Part shown: one piece after another, positions 9,602 to 20,156 of the stretch
How positions within the stretch are numbered: the first letter of the stretch is position 1
Layout of the letters: every line of letters starts with the position of its first letter
Source: Candidatus Bathyarchaeota archaeon
Lineage (GTDB): Archaea; Thermoproteota; Bathyarchaeia; Bathyarchaeales; Bathycorpusculaceae
Direction: 5' to 3'
Assembly: GCA_963780185.1 (NCBI GenBank)
Contig: CAWABA010000007.1
Span: 128,001 to 192,000 of the forward strand
Length of the DNA stretch: 64,000 bases
Program-made: the position numbers and the translations under genes
Notes under the pieces: generated by a model
What the model was told of the DNA's origin: nothing
Databases searched by the model: none
What the model saw: the letters and a program-made list of their open reading frames with translations, nothing else

Positions 9602-10363
9602 CTACCAGAAGGTGAACGCATAAGAAAGATGGAAAAAGCTGGCAGGAGTTTGCGGAGGCTCCTGAGGACTCTGCGGCTGCGTTTGGTTTTGCTCGTCTGG
9701 CTTAGGCTTCTTTTCTCTCAGCTGCGGCAGAACGAACTCTACCACTGCAATCACCAAAATAAGTGCGACGATTACTGGCAGACCCCACTTGTTATCATGC
9801 ACAAAGATTGTTACCCACCCAAACCATGGAATACGCATATCCACCTTGCCAACCACGTAACTCGCAGGTACTCCCGGCGGATTGTAGCTGTCCCACACGT
9901 CGTAGCCTGATTGTGGTGTCTGCGGATACGGGTTTCCGTTGCCATCACCTTTTGTGATGAAGTAAAGTTTGCCGTCGACTGTTTCGGTGCGGACGATGCG
10001 GTGCACAATCAAAGTGTCATACTGGCCAGGTTCAGGGTCATGGAAGACTATTATGTCGCTGTGGGGGTAATTCGTTTTTAAATCCTGAAGTTTGACACCC
10101 TGCACGATTATGATGTCGCCCACGCTCAGGGTTTTGTCAAACGGCGTGGCGATGGTTAACCAGAAGTTGTAGTCGGCTGCGTCATAAGGGATACTCATGC
10201 TGCCGCTTACCACAGTCAACGCTGGATCAGGCGTGTTCAAAGCTGACCGCAAACCGAAGAACAAGCCGAAAACCACCGCAATAACCAATACTATGGCGAC
10301 CGCAGTTTTGAAGTACTCATTTTTCCAAACGTTTCTTACAGTCGTCAAGTGGTTACCTCGCAA
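9602..10363 (-). CDS. Archaeal signal peptidase I (S26B/Sec11-like)
   Basis: VVSGSM catalytic Ser, GDII, IVHRIV, ITKGDGN; N- and C-terminal TM helices. Confidence 0.85.
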   Translation of the reverse strand: MRGNHLTTVRNVWKNEYFKTAVAIVLVIAVVFGLFFGLRSALNTPDPALTVVSGSMSIPYDAADYNFWLTIATPFDKTLSVGDIIIVQGVKLQDLKTNYPHSDIIVFHDPEPGQYDTLIVHRIVRTETVDGKLYFITKGDGNGNPYPQTPQSGYDVWDSYNPPGVPASYVVGKVDMRIPWFGWVTIFVHDNKWGLPVIVALILVIAVVEFVLPQLREKKPKPDEQNQTQPQSPQEPPQTPASFFHLSYAFTFW

Positions 10364-10458
10364 CAGGAACTTTTAAGTAGAGTTATACGTAAAACGTCAC
10401 GGTTAAGCATTACGGAAACATAAGAGAAATTGCAAAAGTAAATTTTGCAAGTCTCAGC

Positions 10459-10755
10459 TTATTTTTTCTGCTTGACGATGTAGACTTCTCTGTTTCGGAC
10501 TCTGAGGGCTACGTTGTATTTTCTGTTCGGCAGCTTGTTGTATGACTTAACTCTGAACGAGAATGGCGCGTACAGTGACCTAACTGTTTTGCCTTCGACC
10601 TCGACTTTGAACATTTCCTCTGGGCTTTCAATAATCTGCTTGAAAACGGTGTCGTACTCGGGAATTTTGACTCTTTTTCTTCCTTCAGGTATTTCTTTTA
10701 CGGGGGTGGCTTTTGCGACGATTTTTTTATTGATGGTTTTTTCTGGATTAGACAT
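10459..10755 (-). CDS. Small basic hypothetical protein
   Basis: 98-aa ATG ORF filling an intergenic gap; AT-rich promoter-like region upstream. Confidence 0.55.
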   Translation of the reverse strand: MSNPEKTINKKIVAKATPVKEIPEGRKRVKIPEYDTVFKQIIESPEEMFKVEVEGKTVRSLYAPFSFRVKSYNKLPNRKYNVALRVRNREVYIVKQKK

Positions 10756-10894
10756 TTATTTCACTAAGTATAATATTGTATGCATTGCTATATAACACTA
10801 TATCACTAACGGCACTAAAATAACAATGACTTAACACATTTTATAACAGTTAATACATTGACGTTAATAAGAAGCTAGTATAAGCGGAGCCAAT

Positions 10895-11923
10895 CTAATT
10901 CAAATTTCGCGGTTTTATTTTATTTGGGAAAACCCAATCTGCCCAGCTACGCAAATCCCATGAAAGAACCAGAGAAGGCTCCACGTAACAATGAAGATTG
11001 CATTTTACACAATCCTGCATGGCTTTCCAATCAAAATTTGAAGTTGCCGATTTAATGCTGTTCTCAAAAACAGAAACACCTGTCTCATACTGATTATGAA
11101 CGTAACATGGCAGAACCAGCCGTCCGTCGGTGCCAATATTAATGATGGACCAGGGTTTGCATTTCCAGTTCTTTTCCTTAGCTATCACTTTAAAATAACC
11201 AGTCGAGTTCATAATCGGGTAGCCTTTTTTCTTTAATTCAATAAGCTCTTTGGCGACCTTTCTGATTTCGGCGGTTTGAGGTGCAGATGCATCAGCGCTA
11301 CGGTATTCGTGCCCAACCGACAAAACTATTTTCACGCCTAAATCCTTAGCCAGCCTCACCAAGTCCGGCACATCTTGGACGTTATCAGCCATAACGGTCG
11401 TGTTGATGGTTATCGAAACCTTCTCTTTTGCTTCAGTTATGCCTTCTACCGCTCTTTTGAAACAGCCGTCAACACCTCTAATCATGTCATGAGTTTTCTC
11501 CAGACCATCTAAAGAAACAAAGAGGATGCCGCTGATAAATGGGGCTATTTCATCTACCCTTGATTTGAGCAGCGTGCCGTTGGTAATAATGTTGGTATGC
11601 AAAGGCAGAGAACGAGAATAGGCCAAAATTTCAGGCAGGTCTTTTCTTAGGAGTGGCTCTCCCCCTTCAAACGCAACGGCACAGACACCTGAATCGTATA
11701 GTTGCTTTAGAATTTCTTTTTCTTTTTTAGTGCTTAAATTTTCGCTGGAACGTCTCCAAAAGGGACACATTTTGCATTTAAGGTTACAGTTATAGGTTAA
11801 TTTATGTCCACCAAATAATGGCGTTTTTACTCCGATCGAGTTTAGAATTAACCCACGGTACAATCTCAAGCCAATTCGAAAGGTTTCTTGATACCTGATA
11901 GCCTTGTTAGCCAAAAATGTCAA
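10895..11923 (-). CDS. Radical SAM protein with SPASM/twitch-like C-terminus (PTO1314-like)
   Basis: CNLKCKMC, GGEPLL, TNG and SLDG motifs; C-terminal Cys cluster. Confidence 0.85.
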   Translation of the reverse strand: MTFLANKAIRYQETFRIGLRLYRGLILNSIGVKTPLFGGHKLTYNCNLKCKMCPFWRRSSENLSTKKEKEILKQLYDSGVCAVAFEGGEPLLRKDLPEILAYSRSLPLHTNIITNGTLLKSRVDEIAPFISGILFVSLDGLEKTHDMIRGVDGCFKRAVEGITEAKEKVSITINTTVMADNVQDVPDLVRLAKDLGVKIVLSVGHEYRSADASAPQTAEIRKVAKELIELKKKGYPIMNSTGYFKVIAKEKNWKCKPWSIINIGTDGRLVLPCYVHNQYETGVSVFENSIKSATSNFDWKAMQDCVKCNLHCYVEPSLVLSWDLRSWADWVFPNKIKPRNLN

Positions 11924-12055
11924 CCTTAACCGAAATTATTGCCAGTGAAAGCCCTACGCTTCGCGCTTAAAAACAAAAAAGTAAATAACCTATTTAGGGT
12001 TATCTGGACACACAGTTTTCTTGGTGTTGTTTTATCGACGATTAGCATTGTCAAT

Positions 12056-12682
12056 TTACAGTACGAGTGGAGCTTGCAGAACGTTAAGAGTCGCGGTTTT
12101 TCCAAGACGCACCTGTCTTTCGCCCTTAAATGTGGAAACTGAAGCGTTCTTAATCTGCACAGTGTCTCCTACGGCAAGATTGTCTGCTTGCTCATTCCAA
12201 AGGCAGAGCTTGATTTTCCCGGTCTCGTCAGCTATCCAAGCATTGGTTACTTTGGCGCTGTTTCCGTAGCGCGTTTGAACTATCGAGGGCTTTTGAGTTT
12301 CAAGAACTTTGGCTTCCAAGTTGACTTTTTTCATTCCATGGCGAAGGTTTTGTACTTCCATAGACATTTTGGGCGAGGTGTTCTGTTTGTTCATCTGCCG
12401 ACGTATCTTGTCGGTGTCCATCCAGCTTTCAAAACTGATGTTTTTTCTAAGAAGAATTTCCTCAGCAATCCGAAACTGAACAATTACCTTAGTGTTTTTG
12501 GTGATTAGGAAGATAGCTTCGCCCTTTATGGTACCACGATATTCTACAGCTAAAGTTTGGCAGTTTGCTTTTCCTTTTTCTTTGGCTTCAACCATGGCGC
12601 GATGAAGCTCTGGAAGGTAGACACCTTCTTTTACTGAAAGAGAAGCGAGATACTCCATTATTGTTGTCTTTTTCTGATTCAA
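12056..12682 (-). CDS. OB-fold ssDNA-binding (RPA/SSB-like) domain protein
   Basis: C-terminal IADETGKIKLCLWNEQ...GDTVQIKNA...FKGERQVRLG. Confidence 0.75.
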   Translation of the reverse strand: MNQKKTTIMEYLASLSVKEGVYLPELHRAMVEAKEKGKANCQTLAVEYRGTIKGEAIFLITKNTKVIVQFRIAEEILLRKNISFESWMDTDKIRRQMNKQNTSPKMSMEVQNLRHGMKKVNLEAKVLETQKPSIVQTRYGNSAKVTNAWIADETGKIKLCLWNEQADNLAVGDTVQIKNASVSTFKGERQVRLGKTATLNVLQAPLVL

Positions 12683-12975
12683 GTTCTTGACTCCATGATT
12701 GTATTTTGCCAGAAACTATGGTAAATCAAAGTTCGGCGTAGGGATTACCCTTCTTCAATAAATTCCCCACAAACAAGTGATATGTGCTGTTTTAGTATAT
12801 AGGCTAGTAACCTAAGAAACGGTTTCTCTCCATGCAATTCCCAATTTTAGAACCCATTTAGGCGTGGTTGGCATCAAAATACATGGAAGAGTCCAACAAA
12901 ATTGGTTGGCAAGTTCGGGCATGTTTTTATCTGATGCCTGATTTAGGCTTCGATATAATTCAGAAGGGAGCTTTT

Positions 12976-13350
12976 ATGAAAAGTATAGCGTTGGTTGCAC
13001 ATGACAATAAGAAGAAGGATATTGTTGAATGGTGCGATTTCAACAAGGGAACGCTGTCAAGCCACTTTCTTTACGCAACTGGAACCACGGGTCAGCAGAT
13101 AATTGACAAAACAGGGTTGCAGATAAGTTTGCTGAAAAGCGGACCCTACGGCGGAGACATGGAGCTTGGAGCCTTGATTGCCAACAACAAACTGGATATT
13201 CTGATTTTCTTTTGGGATCCTTTGGAATCTCAACCGCACGATGTTGACGTAAAAGCGGTTCTCAGATTGGCAGTTTTGTACAATGTTCCCACGGCTTGCA
13301 ACAGAGCGACAGCTGACATGATAATTTCCAGCCCCATGTTCAACAAGTAG
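12976..13350 (+). CDS. mgsA: Methylglyoxal synthase
   Basis: IALVAHDNKK, ATGTTG, SGPYGGD, FFWDPL..QPHDVDVKA. Confidence 0.95.
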   Translation: MKSIALVAHDNKKKDIVEWCDFNKGTLSSHFLYATGTTGQQIIDKTGLQISLLKSGPYGGDMELGALIANNKLDILIFFWDPLESQPHDVDVKAVLRLAVLYNVPTACNRATADMIISSPMFNK

Positions 13351-13394
13351 CAATAGGCTCTGAGACAAACCTCAATGTTTTTTGTTTGCGGTCT

Positions 13395-14636
13395 CTATTT
13401 CTTGGGCGTAAGGATTGCGGTTGCGTAGTTTTTGTCTTGGAAATATTTGTTTGCGACTGCCGTAAGGTCTTGCGCGGTCAACGAATTTATCTTGTCGATG
13501 TAATCCACTAATGAATTCTGGTTTTCGAAGAGAATCTCTTCGTAGGCGAGAAGTCTGGGCAATTCATGAGAACTATCAACTACCCTGAACAAGTTTCCAA
13601 TCAGCAAATTCTTACTTTTATCTAGTTCGTTTTTTGCCGAGGGTTGGTTTTTGATTTTTTTCAGCTCTTTCCGAATCAATTTTTGGGTAATATCAAGCGA
13701 CTTGTTTCTAACTGCACAGCCTACGGAGAAGTAGCCGTAATCCAAACCTGAAACATTCTCGGCGCCAAAATCGTAGGTTAAGGCTCTTTTCTCGCGTAAC
13801 TCCACAAACAGCCTGGAGCTTTCGCCCATTCCCAAAAGTGCTTCTATCAAATCCAAAGATGGCGTATCATGATCTTTCGCTGGAGCCGTTCTAAAACCAA
13901 AACTTAGGTAGGCTTGAGATAACCCTGATTTTTTGATTACTGCTTCTTTTTTGGGTACGCTATCTTCAGGCTTACGGTTCCTTCTTAAAACTGTACCTTT
14001 GTTGCCCTTGTCTTGAAAGTCTTGAAGCACAGTTTCTGTCTCTTCCTTGGAAAAGTTCCCCGTCAACAGCAACACCATGTTTTTTGGCACATAATAATTC
14101 TGGTGGGTCCGCTCTAAGTCTTGGATTGTGACCTGATTAACTGTTTTTTTCAAACCTAGAACTGGGTTTCTCAGCGGGTGATTCTCGAAAAGACATTTAA
14201 CTAAAGTTTCTCCAATCAGGTCTGGGGGATTATCATGGGTTTCAGCAATTTCATTAATTATTACCTTGCGTTCCAGCTCAAATTTGTCTTTTTCAAACGT
14301 GCAATCGAAAAGAAGCCCTGAAAGAACCTTGGAAGCCTCAACGATTTTTCCAGACAAAACATCCATGGAACTAAAGGTAACTTCGTCAGAGGTTTCAAAA
14401 TGCGAGCATCCTCCTAACTTCTCTATTTCATGATGGAGCTTTATTCTTCTCTCGGAGCCGCCTACTAGCACATGCTCCAGAAAATGAGCCATGCCTGAAT
14501 CTTCGTCGTCGTCATCGTTTGACCCGTATTTAATGGCAACAGACAATTGAGCCGTCATCCTCGACGGACGCGGATAAAGCAACATGGTTAACCCGTTTGA
14601 AAGGACTTTTCGCTCCCAAGACAGACTATTGTTCAT
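13395..14636 (-). CDS. M16 family zinc peptidase
   Basis: GMAHFLEH inverted zincin motif; SRLFVELREKRALTY. Confidence 0.9.
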   Translation of the reverse strand: MNNSLSWERKVLSNGLTMLLYPRPSRMTAQLSVAIKYGSNDDDDEDSGMAHFLEHVLVGGSERRIKLHHEIEKLGGCSHFETSDEVTFSSMDVLSGKIVEASKVLSGLLFDCTFEKDKFELERKVIINEIAETHDNPPDLIGETLVKCLFENHPLRNPVLGLKKTVNQVTIQDLERTHQNYYVPKNMVLLLTGNFSKEETETVLQDFQDKGNKGTVLRRNRKPEDSVPKKEAVIKKSGLSQAYLSFGFRTAPAKDHDTPSLDLIEALLGMGESSRLFVELREKRALTYDFGAENVSGLDYGYFSVGCAVRNKSLDITQKLIRKELKKIKNQPSAKNELDKSKNLLIGNLFRVVDSSHELPRLLAYEEILFENQNSLVDYIDKINSLTAQDLTAVANKYFQDKNYATAILTPKK

Positions 14637-14854
14637 GTAAACCGAAGTAGCTTGCGAGCCTAAAAAGCCTGATTCCAAAAAATTGAAGTGGGAAAGCTGG
14701 TCTGCCGAACCAATTTAAGAGATTCAAAGCTCTCGCGAAATCAGAAAAACACGAAACAATTCTCGAAAAATAGTCTAATTCGCATATGTTATTGAAAAAT
14801 TGTGGCAAACGTCTATATGTTAGATGTCAGGATTTGAACTAGCAGCGATCTAAA

Positions 14855-15037
14855 ATGAACCCAGAGAATTACAAAACAAAAAGGAAGGGACAGCCAAAAT
14901 CAAGAAACTCGGCTGGACGAGCCAAAAGACGCGCAGCAGCTAAACCTTGGATTCTAACCCCCAGTGCAAAACTACGCCAAATCTACGCCACCAAAACAGA
15001 ATGGGCAACAAAGATTCTGCCTAAACTAAAAGAATAG
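14855..15037 (+). CDS. Small basic hypothetical protein
   Basis: 60-aa ATG ORF in an intergenic gap; no recognisable motif. Confidence 0.35.
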   Translation: MNPENYKTKRKGQPKSRNSAGRAKRRAAAKPWILTPSAKLRQIYATKTEWATKILPKLKE

Positions 15038-15143
15038 ACACTTAGCAGTTCATTATATTTTCAAAATAATTAGAAATTAAATGCAATTTTTATTTTAAGT
15101 TTCTCTCATGCCAAATTGGAAATTAGGTTAGTTGGAATTTTGG

Positions 15144-15221
15144 TGGTGGGCCGAGCCGGACTTGAACCGGCGACCTTTGGCGTGTAAAGCCAACGTCCTA
15201 ACCAGGCTAGACGACCGGCCC
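15144..15221 (-). tRNA. tRNA-Val(TAC), encoded CCA
   Basis: GGGCCGG acceptor stem, TTGGC/GCCAA anticodon stem with TTTACAC loop, GGTTCAAGTCC T-arm. Confidence 0.95.
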
Positions 15222-15315
15222 GCACAGTTTGCTTATCTGTTGCTTGATTTAAGCTGTTTGGATTAAGAAAATGCGTTGGTTCATATTAGAATTTTCCTTC
15301 TCTACGCAGCCTTCT

Positions 15316-16239
15316 TTAGGTTTTGTTTTTGGGTTTATTGAAGGTTACCAGGTAGACGCCTATGAAAATCAGAACTGCGCCCGCGATGACTGAGGGGTAG
15401 AGCACTTCGCCGACGAACATGACCGCGAAAACCGCGGTTATCAGGGGTTCGGCGAACAGGAAGGTGCTTGCTGTTGCTCCTGCCTTCTTGAGCACGTAGA
15501 ACCAGATGAAGTACCCAAGCAGCGAGCATGTTAAAGCCAGGTAAAGCACGCTTAGCCAATCGCCAAGAGTCATGGTGAAGAGCTGCATGAAGGAGCCTTC
15601 AGCCAGCGAAAAAGGAATCAAGCATAAGCCGCCGATCAAGCTAACGTAGGCGACTACGAGGAAGGCATCGTATTTCTGCATGATTTTCTGCCCCAGCAAG
15701 CTGTAACCCGCCCACATCAAAGGGGTCGAAAGCAAAATCAGGGTGCCGACCAGAAACGTCATATTTCCCTCAAGGTTCAAAAGGTCCGCTAAAACAACCA
15801 GCAAAGTCCCCGCAGCCGCAACGGCGATGCCGATGAACTGCTTGTTTCTTAGGCGCTCTCCGAATAGCCGCGTGGAAAAAACGGTGATGAGTATGGGCGA
15901 TAGGAGGCAGACCATGATGGCTGCTATCGTGGAGCCTGCCAACTGGATCCCCGTGTATTGGATGGTGAAGAAGAAGGTGACGCCGGTAAGCGCCAAAACC
16001 AAAAAGGCAAAGAGGTCTTTTCTCTCAACGCTAAGCTTGTAGTTTGGGCTCATACGTTTCTTTACCAGTAGCACGATGAGGAAGAATGCTCCAGCCACAA
16101 GAAACCTAAACGTTGCGACGGCAACCGGCGTCAACCCGACATCCAAAAGCTGCTTGACAACGACAAAGGAGCTTCCCCAGAACATAATCAGCAAAACCAT
16201 TAAGAAAACCTGAAAAGAACTGATTGACTGGGAAGCCAT
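15316..16239 (-). CDS. DMT/EamA family transporter
   Basis: About 10 TM helices in two repeats; FWGSSF...FRF and EP...GE motifs. Confidence 0.9.
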   Translation of the reverse strand: MASQSISSFQVFLMVLLIMFWGSSFVVVKQLLDVGLTPVAVATFRFLVAGAFFLIVLLVKKRMSPNYKLSVERKDLFAFLVLALTGVTFFFTIQYTGIQLAGSTIAAIMVCLLSPILITVFSTRLFGERLRNKQFIGIAVAAAGTLLVVLADLLNLEGNMTFLVGTLILLSTPLMWAGYSLLGQKIMQKYDAFLVVAYVSLIGGLCLIPFSLAEGSFMQLFTMTLGDWLSVLYLALTCSLLGYFIWFYVLKKAGATASTFLFAEPLITAVFAVMFVGEVLYPSVIAGAVLIFIGVYLVTFNKPKNKT

Positions 16240-16378
16240 GCCTCAAAATACAGCCAATTGCCTTTTAAGCGTTAAACCCGCCTTCAAACGAATTTCACAT
16301 GAAAAGGCAAATGAGCACATCTCTGGCTTAGGCTGATTTATATATCGAGTTGAACTTAGCTTTTTAAGGTGAACGATT

Positions 16379-16837
16379 TTGGTTTCTGAAAAACTCGTAG
16401 ATTCCCTCAACAAAGCTATAGCCCGCGAGCTCCAAGTCAGCATACAGTACATGTGGCAGCATATTCAAGTCACGGGGATGGACGGCGCCGTGGTGGAAGA
16501 CATCTTCCGCAAGACAGCCATCGCCGAAATGAAGCATGCCGAACGCCTAGCCGAGCAGCTGGACTACCTCAACGGAGTGCCAACGGTTAAGCCTGACCCG
16601 ATTTTCGTCGGCGGCAGCCTCATCGAGATGCTTACCCAGAACCAGCGGGATGAAGAGGACGCTATTGAACTTTACAAGGAGGCAATTCAGGCGGCGGCGC
16701 AGGAAGGCGACTACACCACGAGGCGGCTGCTGGAAGAGATTCTGGCGGAGGAGGAACGGCACATTAACACATTTGGCAAACTGCTCGTCGGCATGACTGA
16801 GCCATTCACCCAGCCTGAAACCTCACAAACGGGATAA
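16379..16837 (+). CDS. Ferritin-like (bacterioferritin/rubrerythrin-like) di-iron protein
   Basis: E..QY, EMKHAE, EEDAI and EEERH four-helix ferroxidase ligands. Confidence 0.85.
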   Translation: MVSEKLVDSLNKAIARELQVSIQYMWQHIQVTGMDGAVVEDIFRKTAIAEMKHAERLAEQLDYLNGVPTVKPDPIFVGGSLIEMLTQNQRDEEDAIELYKEAIQAAAQEGDYTTRRLLEEILAEEERHINTFGKLLVGMTEPFTQPETSQTG

Positions 16838-16922
16838 CAAAGAAAAACGGCTTTAAGGCAACTCAAGCGTTCCGCCTTTATAGCAAACACATATATCAAC
16901 GTGGGCAGATGGGTTTTCTTCA

Positions 16923-18737
16923 TTGGTGCCAAGTTTGGACAGCCCCGTGTTTTTAAGATGCCCAGTTTGCGGAATCCAGATAGATGTAGAGAACTCGGCA
17001 ACAAAAATCGAAGCAGCATGCGAAAGCTTCGGGGGCAAAAAACACTGTTTCTGCAGCGAAAACTGCCGACGGCACTTTCTGGAGGACCGCCGAATCGCGT
17101 ATTTCTCCATGGAAATAGGCATCTCCAGCATTATGCACTCGTACAGCGGCGGCTTAGGGGTTTTAGCAGGAGACATAGTGAAATCCAGCGCAGACCTGCG
17201 GCTCCAGATGGTTGCCATCACATTGGCAAGCAGAAAAGGCTACTTCAGGCAAAAACTTACCCCGCTAGGCGACCAGCAAGAGTTTCCTGACGAGTGGGAC
17301 CCCGCCAAAACCTTAACCCGCATGCCCAACGTCGTCACTTTAACCATTGAAGGGCGCCCCGTTAAAGTACAGGCGTGGCTTTACGAGTTTCAGAGCGTCA
17401 CAGGCGGCATGGTGCCGATTCTGTTTTTGGATACGGATATGGAAGAAAACGCTCCTGAAGACCGAAGAATAACAGATTCACTTTACGGCGGCGACAAAAG
17501 CTACAGGCTAAAACAAGAGATTGTCCTGGGCATAGGCGGCACGAAGCTGCTGAAGAATTTGCCTTTCAAAATCCGCAAGTACCACATGAACGAAGGCCAC
17601 TCCAGCCTGCTAACGCTTGAGTTGCTCAAAGAAAACGGTATGGATGCGGAAAAAGTCCAGAACCTCTGCGTCTTCACCACCCACAGCCCAGTAGAAGCCG
17701 CGTTTGACCAATTCTCCTACGAGCTTGTCCAGCAGATGCTTGGCAAAGAGTACCCGTTGGCTGAGATGAAGCAGTATGCGGGAGCAGAAAACCTCAACAT
17801 GGCCTTCTTAGCGCTTAACTTAAGCAAATACATCAACGGCGTCTCGTTGGCGCATGTGGATTACTCCAGAAAACTTTTCCCAGGACGCTACATAAGGGCA
17901 GTCACAAACGGAGTCCACTCCTCCACATGGACAAGCCTATATTTCCGTCAACTCTTCGACAAGTACATTCCCGGCTGGGCAAACGAACCAATCCTTCTCG
18001 CCAAAGCCACCGAGATTCCTAACCGAGAAGTCTGGGACGCCCACATAAAAGCAAAAACAGATCTGCTGGCTTTCATAGAGAAAACCAACGGAAAAACATT
18101 GGATCCACAGGCGTTGACACTTGGCTTCGCGAGAAGAGCCACAGGATACAAACGCGCAACCCTAATCTTCAGCGACCTGCACAGGTTAACTGATATTAAT
18201 CGGAAAGAAAAAATCCAGATGATTTTCGCTGGAAAAGCCCATCCCAACGACACCGACGGCAAAAGGCTTATAAGACAAATCCATGACTACGCACGCACGC
18301 TGGAGGGTCAGGTGGATGTTGTTTACTTGGAGAATTATGATATGGACATCGCGGCGAAGCTTACATCGGGCGTGGATGTTTGGCTTAACACGCCTCTGCC
18401 GCCTTTTGAGGCTTCAGGAACCAGCGGCATGAAAGCTGCCCACAACGGCGTCGTAAACTTCAGTGTCCTTGACGGCTGGTGGATGGAAGGCTGCATCGAA
18501 GGCGTCACAGGCTGGGCCATCGGACCGCACCCCAAAGAGCTACTGAGCGAAAACGAAAAACGGGAACTGGAACTGCAAGACCTCTACAGTAAACTCGAAT
18601 ACCTAATCGTGCCGACATTCTACCGCCAAAAAGACGCCTGGATAAACTTGATGAAGAACTCCATTGCAAAAATCGCCTACTACTTCCAGACGCAATGGGT
18701 TGTGCGAAGATACATCACAGAAGCCTACCTCATCTAA
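16923..18737 (+). CDS. glgP: Alpha-glucan phosphorylase with N-terminal YHS/TRASH metal-binding domain
   Basis: AYFSMEIG..YSGGLG, HMNEGH, ARRATGYKR, EASGTSGMKA (PLP Lys); N-terminal CPVCG...FCSENC. Confidence 0.9.
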   Translation: MVPSLDSPVFLRCPVCGIQIDVENSATKIEAACESFGGKKHCFCSENCRRHFLEDRRIAYFSMEIGISSIMHSYSGGLGVLAGDIVKSSADLRLQMVAITLASRKGYFRQKLTPLGDQQEFPDEWDPAKTLTRMPNVVTLTIEGRPVKVQAWLYEFQSVTGGMVPILFLDTDMEENAPEDRRITDSLYGGDKSYRLKQEIVLGIGGTKLLKNLPFKIRKYHMNEGHSSLLTLELLKENGMDAEKVQNLCVFTTHSPVEAAFDQFSYELVQQMLGKEYPLAEMKQYAGAENLNMAFLALNLSKYINGVSLAHVDYSRKLFPGRYIRAVTNGVHSSTWTSLYFRQLFDKYIPGWANEPILLAKATEIPNREVWDAHIKAKTDLLAFIEKTNGKTLDPQALTLGFARRATGYKRATLIFSDLHRLTDINRKEKIQMIFAGKAHPNDTDGKRLIRQIHDYARTLEGQVDVVYLENYDMDIAAKLTSGVDVWLNTPLPPFEASGTSGMKAAHNGVVNFSVLDGWWMEGCIEGVTGWAIGPHPKELLSENEKRELELQDLYSKLEYLIVPTFYRQKDAWINLMKNSIAKIAYYFQTQWVVRRYITEAYLI

Positions 18738-18795
18738 AACCCAAAACCAACCATTCCGAAAGAACCAAGAAAAATGAAAAGGAAAAGAAAGCGGC

Positions 18796-20142
18796 TTAGC
18801 GGAGTTTCATGAGGACCATTTCTGCGGCGAGTACCATGGGTTCCCATGTTTCGCATAGCGGCGGCGCGTAGGCTGTGTCTGCTTTCGCTAGTTCCCGAAC
18901 AGTCATCTGCTTCTGTATGGCAAAGGAGAGTGCGTTTATGCGTTGGGTGACTTCTTCGCCGCCGATTATTTGGGCTCCGATTATGCGTTCCGACTCTTTT
19001 TCAACGATAAGTTTGACTTTGATGGGTTTAGCTGTGGGGTAGTAGTCGGCTTTTGTCTTGCTGCTAATCGCGCCCACGACCACTTCGATGCGGTTGCGTG
19101 CAGCCGACGTTTCACTTATGCCCGTGGCGCCCGCCTCAACCTCGAAAAGCCGCGTTACCGCCGAAGCCAGAACACCCGTGAACTGCGAGTAGCCGCCGCC
19201 CGCGTTTGCCCCCGCAACCTTGCCTTCGCGAACCGCAATCGTGCCCAGCTGAGCGCAGGTTGCCCTATGCGTTATGATGTTTGGGGCTTCCGCGCAGTCG
19301 CCCACAGCGTAAACGTCTTTCACGTCAGTTTCCATGCGTGCATTCGTCTTTATCGCTCGGGTTTCCCCCAACGGAATGCCCGCGTCCACAGCGAGTTTGG
19401 TGTTGGCTCTCACGCCAAAGGAGCTAACGAATAGGTCGGCTTCGATTTTTTCGCCTCCAGCCATGACAGCTGTGACTTTGGTTTCGCCGACGAATTCTTC
19501 AACGGGTTTGGTAAGAAGGATACGCATGCCTTTTTCCTGCAGGTGATCCGCAACCAGCTTCGCCATGTCCGCGTCAAGCAGCTGAGGCAAAATCTGAGGC
19601 AGCATCTCTACAACCGTTACCTGCAAGCCACGCTCGATTAAAGCGACGCCGAGTTCCAACCCGATTAAGCCAGCGCCCATAATAACTGCGGATTTCGCGC
19701 CTGCCTTAACTGCCGCATCGATCTTTTCGCCATCCTCTATGCCGCGGAGGCTTAGCACTCCAGGTTTTTCCCTGCCTTTAATCGGCGGGGTGAAAGAGTC
19801 AGCGCCCGTTGAAATAACTAGGCTGTCGTATGGGAGAACTTCGGTGGCTCCTTCTTTGGTGGCGATGGTGACGGTTTTTTCTTTGGTGTTGATTGCTGTG
19901 GCTTTTGTTTCGCTGCGTAAATTCAGCTTCAGCATTTGAAAGTATGCTGGTGGGTAAACGATTAAGTCGTTGAAGCTGGGGATTTGTCCGCCGATTACGA
20001 AGGGTAAGCCGCATCGGGAGTACCCAGCGGTTTTTTCCTGTGTGATGAGGGTGATTTCGGCTGCTCGGTCTTTTTTTCGTGCGGCTGAGGCTGCTTCTAC
20101 GCCGGCAGCGTTTGCCCCGATGACGATTACGCGCCTTGCCAT
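18796..20142 (-). CDS. FAD-dependent pyridine nucleotide-disulfide oxidoreductase (NADH oxidase/CoA-disulfide reductase type)
   Basis: GANAAG, YSRCGLP single Cys, GAGLIGLE, YAVGDC, YAPP. Confidence 0.85.
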   Translation of the reverse strand: MARRVIVIGANAAGVEAASAARKKDRAAEITLITQEKTAGYSRCGLPFVIGGQIPSFNDLIVYPPAYFQMLKLNLRSETKATAINTKEKTVTIATKEGATEVLPYDSLVISTGADSFTPPIKGREKPGVLSLRGIEDGEKIDAAVKAGAKSAVIMGAGLIGLELGVALIERGLQVTVVEMLPQILPQLLDADMAKLVADHLQEKGMRILLTKPVEEFVGETKVTAVMAGGEKIEADLFVSSFGVRANTKLAVDAGIPLGETRAIKTNARMETDVKDVYAVGDCAEAPNIITHRATCAQLGTIAVREGKVAGANAGGGYSQFTGVLASAVTRLFEVEAGATGISETSAARNRIEVVVGAISSKTKADYYPTAKPIKVKLIVEKESERIIGAQIIGGEEVTQRINALSFAIQKQMTVRELAKADTAYAPPLCETWEPMVLAAEMVLMKLR

Positions 20143-20156
20143 CGCGACGCCTTCAC

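Noticed and set aside
10430-10450. Hairpin TTGCAAAA-gtaaa-TTTTGCAA
   Set aside because: Short, AT-rich and single-copy; cannot distinguish a terminator or operator from chance.
12868-12975. N-terminal extension of mgsA in the ORF track
   Set aside because: The family N-terminus and a GGGAG RBS point to ATG 12976.
15141-15146. CCACCA at the tRNA-Val 3' end as a degradation tag or att site
   Set aside because: Only a 3-nt extension, and no duplicated tRNA 3' fragment was found in the window.
16853-17290. Overlapping alternative ORFs (122 and 129 aa) at the phosphorylase start
   Set aside because: Shadow frames of a well-supported gene, as with most short antisense ORFs in the track.
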